From Candidatus Eiseniibacteriota bacterium (GTDB lineage: Bacteria; Eisenbacteria; RBG-16-71-46; CAVPCR01): 64,000 bases of DNA. A program made the position numbers and the translations under genes. Positions 10,401 to 20,162 of this stretch are shown piece after piece. Position 1 is the stretch's first letter; each line of letters starts with the position of its first letter. The stretch is taken from assembly GCA_963702435.1 (NCBI GenBank), contig CAVPCR010000002.1, positions 64,001 to 128,000 on the forward strand. Reading direction: 5' to 3'. Below the pieces are notes generated by a model. That model worked only from the letters and a program-made list of their open reading frames with translations. It searched no databases and was not told where the DNA came from.

Positions 10401-10452
10401 ACCGACGAGATCGACGAGCTCTGTGAGCAGGATGCGTCGGATGCCGGAACAT
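7414..10452 (-). CDS. Outer-membrane protein: gluzincin peptidase + PD40/TolB propeller + Omp85 (BamA/TamA) barrel
   Basis: FGKNKVQY; HELVH...EGLAE zinc motif; P.WSPDG repeats; LRGY and terminal FSIGFGY. Confidence 0.85.
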   Translation of the reverse strand: MFRHPTHPAHRARRSRRSRLARLLRAPAVPALAAALFLLAAAAPARAQLFFGKNKVQYTDLTWQVMETPHLSLHFYPEERELAHWVAAMAEEACIELMAEMELDSLRAGRIPFLLYSTHRDFEQTNVTPSIVPEEVGGLTDLIKGRVLVPHTGSYHRLRWVVRHELVHALMLEKLAQDMRAHKKTRYSYPPLWYVEGLAEFLATDWDARADMVLRDCVIHDRLVPIEDLWTIDGTFQMYKEGQSILLFIAEKHGRDKVLEYLKRWWKSDKFDVLTNEILGVTTAELNTAWTAELRRCYYPQVREREAVDVAARRVVGHGDFNVAACPVPSPADTATAGNTADAAEGDLELVFLSSHGGYAGLRHGRYEAGVPPEKAPPPILLAKGGSSEEFESLHFFESALDVNAAREVVFVARSGARDVLHIVDVDRRRRLTTLDFPSLVALGSPAWSPDGRSIVMSGVDVAGHRDLYRVARDGTGLAALTSDLYDDRDPDWSPDGRTIVFASDRCSEGPSGATNLYLLDLESGAITALTSGSHEDSEPSFAPDGERIAFRSDRQEGTFDLYVADLGGRVTPLRRFQTAALDPEWTPDGKSLLFTTFVEQTFAIYATPVVELPAAEEPPPAAPEPASVAPALAMLFGREEMGLVDPVPSWPPDALTDLDGPDREANARWEPATPDTTYPVSGYQRRFALDLIQGGVAFDPDFGGGGGGQIAFSDLLNNEQILLFIANEGGDGGSFLDAFDVGVTYYNSKRRINWALGAFRLARTYNADLDLFLQESRLGGLFLASYPLSRFNRIETSLVARRITNHLYRSGVQGDTYFVSNLFSYVHDSTLWSRIGPFDGVRYGVTLGLTTDLGAGIGDYVSVLGDYRWYRRIAGDMTYAVRGQARVSFGDEGQRYYVGGAFSLRGYPHRSVAGQRLLLLNQEIRFPLVQRMVVAMPTGAMDLPVFYGSCFADAAWVGDDVRGEALYGSVGVGFFVGGGPYPRLRVDIAWPTDFHTIADQANTEFSIGFGY

Positions 10453-10551
10453 GCTCGAGTCTCTCCGCCGCTCTTCTGGCCGGGGGCGGCGAGTCGCCTC
10501 TCGGGCGCTGAAGCCAGGGAGGCCGCAGGCTCTGCCGCCTACCCTACAATC

Positions 10552-11412
10552 TTACGACATCGGCCGCCCCGCTTGGCGGCGCGGCGGCACGGGGGCGGCC
10601 GGGGCCGCAGCTCGGAGCACCTCGGCCATGCCATAGCGGCCGGGCGGGGCCGCCGCCGCGAAGGCAGCGGCCGCGAGGGCGCCACTCACAAAGGCGGTGC
10701 GGGTCTCGGCCCGATGGCGGAGCTCGATCGTCTCGCCGGGGCCGGCCAGGTAGATCGTGTGTTCCCCCACCCAGTCGCCGCCGCGCAGCGCGTGGATGCC
10801 GATCTCCTCGCGCGTTCTGAGCCCGCGCCCCGAGCGGCCGTGGCGGTAGGCCTCCTCCCCGGCGCCGCGGGCCGCCGCGAGGACGCGGGCCAGCGCGAGC
10901 GCCGTGCCGCTTGGCGCGTCGGCCTTCAGCCGGTGATGCCGCTCCTCGATCTCGAGATCGAAGTCGGGCAGCGCGGCCGCCGCCCGTGCTGCCAGGTCCG
11001 CGAGCAGCGCTACCCCGCGGCTCATGTTCGGCGAGTGCACGACAGCGACGAGGCGGGACGCCGCCTCGAGCGCACCCTCGGCGTCGGCGCCGAGCGCCGT
11101 CGTCCCGGAGACGAGCGCCACGCCGGCACCCGCCGCGGCGCGGGCCAGGGCAGCCGTTGCCTCCGCGGTCGTGAACTCGATCATCACCTGCCCGCGGGCG
11201 AGGAGGCGCGCCGGATCGGTCTCGAAACGCGGTCCGCCGGGAAAGGGCGTCGTCCCGAGCGCCGGGTCGTCGGCACGGGTCAGGAGCCCGGCGAGCGCGA
11301 AGCGTGGATCGGCGCAGACGGCGCGCGTCACGAGCTCCCCCATCCGCCCGCCGGCACCGGCGACGACCACCGGGATCGGCGCCGCCGCGGACCCCGGGCG
11401 GGTGGCGGTCAC
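10552..11412 (-). CDS. dapB: 4-hydroxy-tetrahydrodipicolinate reductase
   Basis: GAGGRMG, SGTT, SPNMSRG, EERHHRLKADAPSGTA. Confidence 0.95.
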   Translation of the reverse strand: MTATRPGSAAAPIPVVVAGAGGRMGELVTRAVCADPRFALAGLLTRADDPALGTTPFPGGPRFETDPARLLARGQVMIEFTTAEATAALARAAAGAGVALVSGTTALGADAEGALEAASRLVAVVHSPNMSRGVALLADLAARAAAALPDFDLEIEERHHRLKADAPSGTALALARVLAAARGAGEEAYRHGRSGRGLRTREEIGIHALRGGDWVGEHTIYLAGPGETIELRHRAETRTAFVSGALAAAAFAAAAPPGRYGMAEVLRAAAPAAPVPPRRQAGRPMS

Positions 11413-12302
11413 GAGCGCGCCCCCGCTCCGGCGCCCACCTCGAGCCCGAACGCGCGGAGCGCTGCCTCGATCTTCTGCCCGTTCTCCGCGCCCACCGGCA
11501 CGAGCGGGAGCCGGAGCTCGTCGGCGATGAAGCCGAGGCGATGGAGCGCATGCTTCACGGGACCGGGGTTCGTCTCGATGAACATGGCCTTGGTCAGCGG
11601 ATAGAGGCGCGCATGGAGCGCGCGCGCCGCTGCGAGGTCGCTCCGCGCCGCGGCATCCACCATGGCCTTCACCTCGCGCGGCGCCACGTTGGCGACGACC
11701 GACACGATGCCCCTGGCCCCCACGGCCATCATCGGGAGCGTGAGCGAGTCGTCGCCCGCGAGGACGGTCAGGTTCGTCTGCGCCACGAGCTCGCTCGCCT
11801 GGTCCACCGAACCCGCCGCCTCCTTGATGGCGACCACGTGCTCGATCGCGGCGAGGCGGGCGGCGGTCGCCGGAGCCAGGTTGAGCCCCGTGCGTCCGGG
11901 CACGTTGTAGACGACGATCGGGAGCGCGGCCGCGCGCGCCACCGCCTCGTAGTGGCGGACGAGCCCGTCGGGTGTGGGCTTGTTGTAGTACGGGGTGACG
12001 ACCATGACGCCGTCGGCCCCGGCCTCGCGTGCGGCGCGCGAGAGCTCGATCGTCTGGGCGGTCGAGTTGGTGCCGGTGCCGGCGACCACGAAGGCGCGCC
12101 CCTTCGCCGCGGCGAGCACGACCTCGAGCGCGCGTCGCTTCTCCTCCGAGGTAAGGGTGGCTCCCTCCCCCGTCGATCCGATGACGACGAGGCCGTCGAG
12201 CCCGCCGGCCACGAGGTGGCGCGCGAGGGCGCCGAGCGCCTCGAAGTCGACCGCTCCGTTCCTGAAGGGCGTGACGATGGCACAGCTGGCGCCTTCGAAC
12301 AT
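11409..12302 (-). CDS. dapA: 4-hydroxy-tetrahydrodipicolinate synthase
   Basis: GSTGE, TPYYNKP, YNVPGRTG, AIKEA, ETNPGPVK. Confidence 0.96.
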   Translation of the reverse strand: MFEGASCAIVTPFRNGAVDFEALGALARHLVAGGLDGLVVIGSTGEGATLTSEEKRRALEVVLAAAKGRAFVVAGTGTNSTAQTIELSRAAREAGADGVMVVTPYYNKPTPDGLVRHYEAVARAAALPIVVYNVPGRTGLNLAPATAARLAAIEHVVAIKEAAGSVDQASELVAQTNLTVLAGDDSLTLPMMAVGARGIVSVVANVAPREVKAMVDAAARSDLAAARALHARLYPLTKAMFIETNPGPVKHALHRLGFIADELRLPLVPVGAENGQKIEAALRAFGLEVGAGAGARS

Positions 12303-12331
12303 GGCTCCCTCCTCGGTGTCACGCCCGCGCT

Positions 12332-13567
12332 CTAGCGCGGGCGCGGGCGGACGGTGAAGTCGATTCCCGTCGTCTCCTCGAGCGGATCCACGCGCACCGA
12401 GTCGATCGGGCTCGCTGCCGGCTCGCTCGGATCATAGCGCCGATTCCCGTCCCGATCGAGGTACGCCTCGACCCGGTACCAGCCGGGCGGGAGGTTCTTG
12501 AGCGCGTAACGCCCGAGGCTGTCGGCCACCGCGGTCGCGAGCGCCGCCGTGTCGGCCGGCGCGTTGCGCGGATCGAGCGGCGGGAGAGCGAGAGCGCGGA
12601 GCCACGCCTCGACGACGAAGGGCGGTCCCGCGGCGCGCGCGGTGTCGGCGGCGGCGGCCTCCCCGGCGAGCACCGCGGCGGCCTCCTCGCCGGCGACCAC
12701 CGAGTCGGGAGCCGCAGCGAGCACCGTATCCGGCACCGCCGCCGGGGGCGGCGACATGGCCGTGCGCTCGCCCGTCGAGTCGATGACGGCGCCCGCGATG
12801 GTGCCGGGCGCCCGCGGGTCGCGGAAGTCGATCACCACCCCGGTCGCCACCGGGCGAGCGGGATCGAGCCACAGCGTGTCGGGGTAGGCGGCGAGGAACT
12901 CCGAGTCGCGATCGAACTCGCGATCCCGGTTGGCGTCGAAGTGCGCCATCACCACGTAGCGCCGGTCGGCCCTGAGACCGATCAGAGCGAAGGTCGAGTC
13001 CTGCGCGGCCTGGGTCACGTAGTCCGGGAGCATGGTGTCGGGACGCGCCGCCGCGCGCTCGACGTCCACCGCCCACACCATGGTGCCGTGGGGACGCTGG
13101 CCCTTGGCGACGAGCCGGCCCTCGATCCGTCCCTGATCGACCGAGTCTCCGGTCGAGAAGATGAAGACGTACGGGGCGACCATCGTGTTCCCCTCGCGCT
13201 CGTCCTTGGCCCCGGTCCCGACGATGACCGTCGTCGTCACGTCGGGCACGAAGTCCTCGCCGCCGGAGAGGCGGAGCGTCGAGCCGTCCCAGCGCCGCTC
13301 GCCGAAGTCGCGCGGCGGCGAGAGGAGCACCCAGTCGAGCACGGTGCCCCGGTTCATGGACTCGGAGAAGGTGATCGCGACGTCGGCATCGGGTGGGACG
13401 CGGGTCGCGCCCGAATCGGGCTCGGTGGCGACGACGAAGGGCGGCGAGAGGTCGCGCGGGCCGCCGGGCGGCATGCCCTGGCGCGCGCAGGCGGCGGCGG
13501 TCGCCACGGCGGCGGCGGCCGCGGCCATGGCGAGGAAACGTCGCGACTCCGCGCGCGGGCGGCGCAT
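12332..13567 (-). CDS. Lipoprotein with bacterial Ig-like (Big_5-type) domain
   Basis: Lipobox AAAC followed by PPGGPRDLSPP; ITFSE.M; FSTGDSVD; D.N.D calcium-type loops. Confidence 0.75.
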   Translation of the reverse strand: MRRPRAESRRFLAMAAAAAAVATAAACARQGMPPGGPRDLSPPFVVATEPDSGATRVPPDADVAITFSESMNRGTVLDWVLLSPPRDFGERRWDGSTLRLSGGEDFVPDVTTTVIVGTGAKDEREGNTMVAPYVFIFSTGDSVDQGRIEGRLVAKGQRPHGTMVWAVDVERAAARPDTMLPDYVTQAAQDSTFALIGLRADRRYVVMAHFDANRDREFDRDSEFLAAYPDTLWLDPARPVATGVVIDFRDPRAPGTIAGAVIDSTGERTAMSPPPAAVPDTVLAAAPDSVVAGEEAAAVLAGEAAAADTARAAGPPFVVEAWLRALALPPLDPRNAPADTAALATAVADSLGRYALKNLPPGWYRVEAYLDRDGNRRYDPSEPAASPIDSVRVDPLEETTGIDFTVRPRPR

Positions 13568-13573
13568 CGGACC

Positions 13574-14518
13574 TCAGGCGATGAGGCTCGCGAGGAGCCC
13601 CTTCTGCGCGTGCATGCGGTTCTCGGCCTCGTGGAAGACGACCGACTGCGGCCCCTCGATGACGTCGGCCGTGATCTCGTCGCCGCGGTGCGCCGGGAGG
13701 CAGTGCATGACGACGGCGCGCGGATCGGCCTCCTTGAGGAGCGCCGCGTTCAGCTGGAAAGGCCGGAACACCTCGCGCCGCGCCGCCGCCTCGCTCTCCT
13801 GCCCCATCGAGGCCCAGACGTCGGTGTAGAGCATGCGGGCCCCGGCGGCCGCGGCGCGCGCGTCGTGGGTGACCGTGATCTTCGCCCCGCCCTTCCGGGC
13901 GCGCGCGAGGATCTCCGCGTTCGGCTCGTAGCCCTTCGGCACGGCGAGACGGAGATCGAGACCGAAGATCTCGGCGGCGTCGATCCAGGAGTGGGCCACG
14001 TTGTTCCCGTCGCCGAGCCAGGCCACGGGGAGCCCGTCGAACTCGAGGCCCAGCTCGCGGAGCGTCATCAGATCGGCGAGGATCTGGCAGGGATGCACCA
14101 GGTCATCGAGCCCGTTGATCACCGGCACGCTCGCGTGCCGGGCGAGCCCGCGGACGAGATCGTGCTTGAAGGTGCGGATCATGATGGCGTCCACGTAGCC
14201 GGAGAGAACGCGCGCCACGTCCTCGACCGGCTCGCGGGAATCGATCCCGATCTCCTTCTCCGTGACGTAGAGCGCCGCGCCGCCGAGCTGCGCCATGCCC
14301 ACCTCGAAGCTCACGCGCGTGCGGAGCGAGGGCTTGTGGAAGATCATGGCGAGCGTGCGGCCGCGGAGCCGCTCCGAGGCCCCGCGTTCGCGGAACTCGC
14401 GTTTCACGCGGGCGGCCTCGGCGAGGACCGCCTCGAGGCCCGGGCGGTCCCAGTCGGACAGGGTGACGAAATCGCGCTTCTTCAGAGCCGGCTTCTGGGC
14501 GGACACGGTCGTGGTCAT
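13574..14518 (-). CDS. argF: Ornithine carbamoyltransferase
   Basis: KPSLRTRVSFE, HPCQ, DVWASMG, HCLPAHRG; start trimmed to MTTTVSAQ (ATG 14518). Confidence 0.95.
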   Translation of the reverse strand: MTTTVSAQKPALKKRDFVTLSDWDRPGLEAVLAEAARVKREFRERGASERLRGRTLAMIFHKPSLRTRVSFEVGMAQLGGAALYVTEKEIGIDSREPVEDVARVLSGYVDAIMIRTFKHDLVRGLARHASVPVINGLDDLVHPCQILADLMTLRELGLEFDGLPVAWLGDGNNVAHSWIDAAEIFGLDLRLAVPKGYEPNAEILARARKGGAKITVTHDARAAAAGARMLYTDVWASMGQESEAAARREVFRPFQLNAALLKEADPRAVVMHCLPAHRGDEITADVIEGPQSVVFHEAENRMHAQKGLLASLIA

Positions 14519-14581
14519 GGATCCTCTCGATTCCGGGATGGCGCGGGGCCGCGGGGGCCCGGTGGCTGCGCTGACCCGCGG

Positions 14582-14610
14582 AGTGTAGGAAGCCCCCGCG
14601 CGCGTGGCAA
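14582..14610 (-). promoter_or_regulatory. Putative sigma70 promoter of argF
   Basis: TTGCCA-17 bp-TACACT on the minus strand, about 65 bp upstream of the argF start. Confidence 0.55.
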
Positions 14611-14996
14611 GGGCGCCGCGGAGCCCCGTCCCCCCGGCTGCCGCGCGCTTGCCCGGCGCGCCGCACCCGGCGGGTGACCGCCGTGCCTGAACCCGTGGCT
14701 GTGTGCACCGCATGCGGTCTCCTGCAGTGCCCCCCTTCTGGAGATGTCCGGAGGCAACCGGCAGGACTTGTCGCGGGAACTGCGGGCTGGTAGTCTGCAG
14801 GAGCATGATGGAACGAGCGCCCGATGCGTGGGCATCGTGCCTGCCGGACATGCGCGCGGTTTCGCGACGAGGGAGGACCACGATGAGCGTCTTCGACAAC
14901 CGCAAGAGCACTCTGCCTCGTCCAGCCCCGGGATCGTCTGCGAGTTCGAGCGGTGACCAGGGGTCACCGGCGACTACATGCAGAAGGGGAAGAGAC

Positions 14997-15725
14997 ATGA
15001 ACGACTATGCCAGGGCTTCGCTCTTGTCACTGGTGACGTTGCTGTGTGCGACTGGCTATCCAGTCGCTGGCGAGTGCGCGCAGGACGATCGAGACAGCAC
15101 TCACACGACGTTGGATCTAGTCGACATGCCGGACATGAAGCCCCTCCTGGCCGAGGGGACTGAGATCACGCCGGCAACGCTGTCCAAGCTGGGGTACGAG
15201 GCTATCTCCAAGGATGAATACGAGAAACGCTTCGCTGCCCCCAGGGATGTCCCCAGTCTCAATTTCGCCAGCACGGTAGTCGATTCTCTTGAGGGCACGA
15301 ACATGTTCATCGCTGTGTTCTTGCTTTACATCGTGCAGACGGGCGATGAGCAACCGCCCGGATCCGTTGCGGTCATAGCCATAGACGGCGAGCGCTTTTC
15401 CACAACCACGACTCCGAGTGTCGCCGCCGCGCCATCGCTGTGGACTGTCGGTGACCATGGCATGATCAATGAGGTCGCACCTTCCCGGGGCGTTGCTGGC
15501 GCCTTGACGCAGCTCAAGTACCGCTCCGCCGATCTGGACTACGACGTGTGCTACTACGACGACGCAGCCAAGACACGCTTCGAGCGTGTCATGCGCAAAG
15601 CCACCGCGGGTGGACAGAGGACCTGGGTCATGGCGGTGCAGCAGGATGGAGCGTACTACTCGAAGTCCGCAGTCGTGGATCCGGGGGCGGCAGAGAAGGC
15701 CGAGACTCACCACAACCAGAACTAG
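14997..15725 (+). CDS. Hypothetical secreted protein
   Basis: ATG 14997 after a purine-rich stretch; signal-like N-terminus; visibly lower GC than flanks; no family recognised. Confidence 0.6.
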   Translation: MNDYARASLLSLVTLLCATGYPVAGECAQDDRDSTHTTLDLVDMPDMKPLLAEGTEITPATLSKLGYEAISKDEYEKRFAAPRDVPSLNFASTVVDSLEGTNMFIAVFLLYIVQTGDEQPPGSVAVIAIDGERFSTTTTPSVAAAPSLWTVGDHGMINEVAPSRGVAGALTQLKYRSADLDYDVCYYDDAAKTRFERVMRKATAGGQRTWVMAVQQDGAYYSKSAVVDPGAAEKAETHHNQN

Positions 15726-16125
15726 GCGCCTCGCCCCCGCCGGGCCACCCCTCCCCTGGCGGGGGCTCGCACTCGCGGCAGCGGATCCCGAGACCCGAGC
15801 CCCCTGGGCGCGGGTTGCCGCATTCTCCCGCCATGCCGCCCACGATGCCATGCGTCCTTCCCGGACTGGCCGGGTGCGACAAACGGTGGTAGCTTCGCGC
15901 GGCGCGAGCCGGTCCATCCTGCAGGTCACAAGCCACCGCAGGATGACCAGACGGCCTCGAGCGATCGCGAGTCCCTCGAAGTCGGACCGGAGCGGACCAC
16001 CCGTCCAGACCTCCGCGGGGGACCAGTTCTCGTGAACGGGGGTGCGCCAGCGGCGCCGGTGGTCTATCCTCCCCCGCGCTCGCGCTCCCACGAGCGCGCG
16101 AGCCGGCGAAAGGAGTGCTAGGCGT

Positions 16126-16482
16126 ATGCAAGAGACGGGATTCAGCAGCAACTTCTATGTCTTCCTCCTGGCCGCCTTCCTCGGCCTCGAGGTGATCCGG
16201 CGGGTGTCGCCGCTTCTCCACACCCCGCTCATGTCGCTCACCAACGCGATCTCGGCGATCGCCATCGTCGGCTCGATCGCCATCACCGGACAGGAGCGGA
16301 GCCAGCTCTCGATCATCCTCGGCTCGATCGCGGTCGTCGCCTCGACCATCAACGTGGTCGGCGGCTTCCTGATCACCGATCGCATGCTCAAGATGTTCCG
16401 CTCGCGGGAGGGTGACAAGGCCAAGCCGGGCACGAAGGCCGACGGCGGGAAGCCGGCCGCCGGCGGGGAGGGCGGGCGATGA
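16126..16482 (+). CDS. pntAB: NAD(P) transhydrogenase alpha subunit, membrane part (alpha2)
   Basis: LHTPLMSLTNAIS, INVVGGFLITDRMLKMF; RBS AAGGAG. Confidence 0.92.
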   Translation: MQETGFSSNFYVFLLAAFLGLEVIRRVSPLLHTPLMSLTNAISAIAIVGSIAITGQERSQLSIILGSIAVVASTINVVGGFLITDRMLKMFRSREGDKAKPGTKADGGKPAAGGEGGR

Positions 16483-17861
16483 ACGACGTCTTCGTCCAGA
16501 TCGCCTACCTCGCGGCCTCCGCCTTCTTCATCCTCGCGCTCAAGTGGCTGAGCGCCCCGAGCACCGCGCGGCGCGGAGTCAAGGTCGGCATGCTCGGCAT
16601 GCTCCTCGCCGTGATCGGCACCCTGCTCCTGCCGGACATCGTCTCCTACAAGTGGATCGCCATCGCGCTCGTGATCGGCACGGCGATCGGCATCCCCATG
16701 GCGATGGTGCCGATGACCGCCGTGCCGCAGCGAACCGCCCTCTCCCACGCCTTCGGCGCCCTCGCCGCGGCGCTCGTCGGCACCGCCGAGTACTACCTCC
16801 ACACCGAGCATCTCTCCCGCTTCACGATGGGCGCCCTCGTGCTCGAGGTGCTCCTCGGCTCGCTCACCTTCACCGGCAGCCTGATGGCCTTCGGAAAGCT
16901 CCAGGAGATCCTCCCGCAGCGACCGATCGTGTACAAGGGCCAGAACCTCGTGAACCTGGGCCTCCTCGCCCTCGCCGTCGCCGTCGGCATCTACCTGGTC
17001 CTGAATCCCTGGCACACGGCGCTCTTCCCGGCGCTCATCGTTCTCGCCCTCATCTTCGGCGTCCTCCTCATCATCCCGATCGGCGGCGCCGACATGCCGA
17101 CCGTGATCTCGCTCCTCAACTCCTATGCCGGGCTAGCCGCCTCGGCGATGGGCTTCGTCCTCAACAACAAGCTCCTCATCATCGCCGGCGCCCTCGACGG
17201 CGCCTCGGGCTTCATCCTCTCGGTGATCATGTGCAAGGCCATGAACCGCTCGTTCACGAACGTGCTGTTCGGCGCCTTCGGCCAGCTGCAGGTCGCCGCC
17301 GGCAAGGCCGAGGAGCGGACGGCACGGAGCGCGACCCCGGAGGAAGCGGCCTCGGTGCTCGAGGCCGCGCGCTCGGTCTTCATCGTGCCGGGCTACGGCA
17401 TGGCGGTGGCGCAGGCCCAGTACAAGGTACGCGAGCTCTACGACGCGCTCTCCAAGCGCGGCGTCGAGGTCAAGTTCGCCATCCACCCGGTCGCCGGGCG
17501 CATGCCGGGGCACATGAACGTCCTCCTCGCCGAGGCCGACATCCCGTACGAGAAGCTCCTCGAGATGGACGAGATCAACTCCGAGTTCCCGCAGTGCGAC
17601 GTCGCCCTCGTCATCGGCGCCAACGACGTCACCAACCCGGCCGCCCGCCACGACAAGACGAGCCCGATCTACGGCATGCCGATCCTCGACGTGGACAAGG
17701 CGCACACCGTGATGGTCATCAAGCGGAGCCTGAATCCCGGCTTCGCCGGCATCGACAACGAGCTCTACTACATGCCGAAGACCCTCATGCTGTTCGGGGA
17801 CGCCAAGGGTTTCGTGGCGAGCATGGTGAAGGAGTTCTCCGGGTCGGGCATGCACGGATGA
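16479..17861 (+). CDS. pntB: NAD(P) transhydrogenase beta subunit
   Basis: GGADMPTVISLLNSYAG, PGYGMAVAQAQ, HPVAGRMPGHMNVLL, IGANDVTNP. Confidence 0.97.
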   Translation: MNDVFVQIAYLAASAFFILALKWLSAPSTARRGVKVGMLGMLLAVIGTLLLPDIVSYKWIAIALVIGTAIGIPMAMVPMTAVPQRTALSHAFGALAAALVGTAEYYLHTEHLSRFTMGALVLEVLLGSLTFTGSLMAFGKLQEILPQRPIVYKGQNLVNLGLLALAVAVGIYLVLNPWHTALFPALIVLALIFGVLLIIPIGGADMPTVISLLNSYAGLAASAMGFVLNNKLLIIAGALDGASGFILSVIMCKAMNRSFTNVLFGAFGQLQVAAGKAEERTARSATPEEAASVLEAARSVFIVPGYGMAVAQAQYKVRELYDALSKRGVEVKFAIHPVAGRMPGHMNVLLAEADIPYEKLLEMDEINSEFPQCDVALVIGANDVTNPAARHDKTSPIYGMPILDVDKAHTVMVIKRSLNPGFAGIDNELYYMPKTLMLFGDAKGFVASMVKEFSGSGMHG

Positions 17862-18110
17862 CGCCCGAGCGACGGACCGGTCGCGGCACGAAAGCTGTCA
17901 CCCACGGGGCAGGATCCCCCGCCCTGCGCGCGGACCGCGCGGAAGCGGGCCGTGAATCGGCCGTTCGGCGGCGGGATCGGCTGCCATTTTGTCTGGCGGC
18001 GGCGGTGCGGCCGGGACATACTCGGCTCCGGCCTGGCCGCCATCCGCGATCCGACAGGCGCCCGGGGCCTCGATCCGGCCGCCGACGGCCCGGGCTCATG
18101 GAGGCGACCA

Positions 18111-18689
18111 TTGACGATCAGCGCCCCGGTCCACGATGAAGCACGGCTCCGCGACCAGGTCCTCGCGCTCTGGCCCGAACTTGCCTGGATCCAGTCCGCC
18201 GACCTCCGCGAGAAGGTCACCGCAACCTGGATCAAGGCTTTCGCCCTGAGCCCGCTCACGCCCAAGGATCTGACCGAGATCCCCTTCACGCTCCTCGTCC
18301 CCAACTGCCCGATCACCTTCATGGAGCACAAGCGCTGCGTCGTCCACATCGCGCGGCGAGCAGCCGAATCGATGCAGGAGTTCCTCGGGCGCGCGCTCCC
18401 GATCGACATGGACACGGTGATCGCCGGCGCCATCCTCGCGGATGTCGGGAAGCTCCTCGAGTACGAGAAGGTCGACGGGAAGGCGAAGCAGTCGAAGCGG
18501 GGCGAGGCGCTCCGCCACCCCTTCACCGGGGTCGCGCTCGCCATGGCCTGCGGGGTGCCGGATCAAGTGTGTCACGTGATCGCGACGCACGCCGGCGAGG
18601 GCGACATGGTCAAGCGCACGACCGAGGCGTTCATCGTCCATCACGCCGACTTCATGAGCTTCGAACCATTCAAGAACCTACCCCGCTAG
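18111..18689 (+). CDS. HD/HDIG-domain metal-dependent phosphohydrolase
   Basis: EHKRCV, ILADVGKLLEY, RHPFTG, IATH, HHAD; probable TTG start after GGAGG. Confidence 0.8.
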   Translation: MTISAPVHDEARLRDQVLALWPELAWIQSADLREKVTATWIKAFALSPLTPKDLTEIPFTLLVPNCPITFMEHKRCVVHIARRAAESMQEFLGRALPIDMDTVIAGAILADVGKLLEYEKVDGKAKQSKRGEALRHPFTGVALAMACGVPDQVCHVIATHAGEGDMVKRTTEAFIVHHADFMSFEPFKNLPR

Positions 18690-18725
18690 GCCGCGGGCCG
18701 CGGGCGCCCAGGGAGGCTTTCAGGC

Positions 18726-20138
18726 ATGGTAGACACGACGACGACCCAGGCCGCCGCCAGGAAGACGGAGACCGTCACCGCCGCGATGGCGCGTTTCGCC
18801 GCCGGGCTACGCTACGAGGACCTCTCGCCCGAGGCGATCCGCGAGGCCAAGCGCTATCTCCTCGATTCGTTCGGCTGCGCCCTCGGCGGCTACGGCCAGC
18901 ACGACGTGAAGATCGCCCTCCAGGTGCTCGACGAGATCGCGGGCGAAGGCCCGGCGACCGTGATCGGCACCGGCCGGAAGATCGACCCCGTATCGGCCGC
19001 CCTCGCCAACGCGCTCATGGTCCGCGTCATGGACTACAACGACATCTACTGGCAGGCAGATCCGTCGCACCCGTCCGACTTGATCCCGGCGGCGATCGCG
19101 TGCGCCGAGCGCACGCACCGGGACGGGAAGGAGCTCCTCGTCGGCATCCTCCTCGCCTACGAGTTCGAGATGCGGCTCTGCGAGATCGGCGTGCCGGGGA
19201 TCCGCGAGCGCGGCTGGCACCACGCGACCCTGACCGCGCTCGCCGCCCCGATCGCCGCCGGGCGCATGCTCGGGCTCGACGCCGAGCAGATCCAGCATGC
19301 GATCGGCATCTCCGGGAGCCGGCACGCGACCCTCGGCGCCGTCACCGCCGGGAAGCTCACCATGATGAAGAACACGGTCGATCCGCTCGCCACCCAGAGC
19401 GGCGTCCTCGCGGCGCTCCTCGCCGAGAAGGGTTACTCGGGGCCCGAGCACGTGATCGACGGCAAGGAAGGGCTCGCCCACTGCCTCAAGCCCGAGTGGA
19501 AGCTCAACCTCCTCACCGACGGGCTCGGCGAGTCCTGGCGCATCCTCCGCTGCGGGATGAAGGCCTTCCCCACCGAGGCGCTGACGCATGCGCCCATCTC
19601 GGCGGTGCTCGAGATCGTGAAGGGGAACGATCTCAAGCCCGACGACGTGACCGAGATCCACATCCGGTCGCTGGCGCGCGCCGCCGACATCCTCGCCGAT
19701 CCGTCGAAGTACGATCCGCGCACCAAGGAGACGGCCGACCACTCGCTTCCGTACTGCATCGCCGCGGCGCTCGTCGACCGGCAGATGACCCCGGTCCAGT
19801 TCACGATGGAGCGGATCATGGATCCGACCATCCGGGCGCAGCTCACCAAGGTGAAGGTGGTGGCCGATCCCGAGATCGAGGCCGTCTTCCCGAAGCTCCA
19901 GCGGGTGAAGGTCAAGATCACGACGCGCTCCGGCCGCACCTTCGAGAAGGAGCTCGACTACCCGAAGGGCGATCCGCGCCACCCGCTCACCGACCAGGAG
20001 GTCGAGGAGAAGTTCGACGCACTCGCCGCGGACGTGCTCTCGGCCAAGGGCCGGCAGGCGCTCAAGGACGCGGTCTGGAATCTCGAGAAGCAGCACTCGG
20101 TGAGCGCGCTCATGGACCTGACCGCGGCCGGGCGCTAG
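18726..20138 (+). CDS. MmgE/PrpD family protein
   Basis: LLDSFGCALGG, RVMDYND...SHPSD, KETADHSLPY, PKGDPRHPL. Confidence 0.92.
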   Translation: MVDTTTTQAAARKTETVTAAMARFAAGLRYEDLSPEAIREAKRYLLDSFGCALGGYGQHDVKIALQVLDEIAGEGPATVIGTGRKIDPVSAALANALMVRVMDYNDIYWQADPSHPSDLIPAAIACAERTHRDGKELLVGILLAYEFEMRLCEIGVPGIRERGWHHATLTALAAPIAAGRMLGLDAEQIQHAIGISGSRHATLGAVTAGKLTMMKNTVDPLATQSGVLAALLAEKGYSGPEHVIDGKEGLAHCLKPEWKLNLLTDGLGESWRILRCGMKAFPTEALTHAPISAVLEIVKGNDLKPDDVTEIHIRSLARAADILADPSKYDPRTKETADHSLPYCIAAALVDRQMTPVQFTMERIMDPTIRAQLTKVKVVADPEIEAVFPKLQRVKVKITTRSGRTFEKELDYPKGDPRHPLTDQEVEEKFDALAADVLSAKGRQALKDAVWNLEKQHSVSALMDLTAAGR

Positions 20139-20162
20139 CCGGGCGCAAGGAGGAAGCGCGCG

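Noticed and set aside
14519..14998. N-terminal extension of ArgF shown in the ORF track
   Set aside because: No OTCase similarity, and a sigma70-like promoter lies within it just upstream of ATG 14518.
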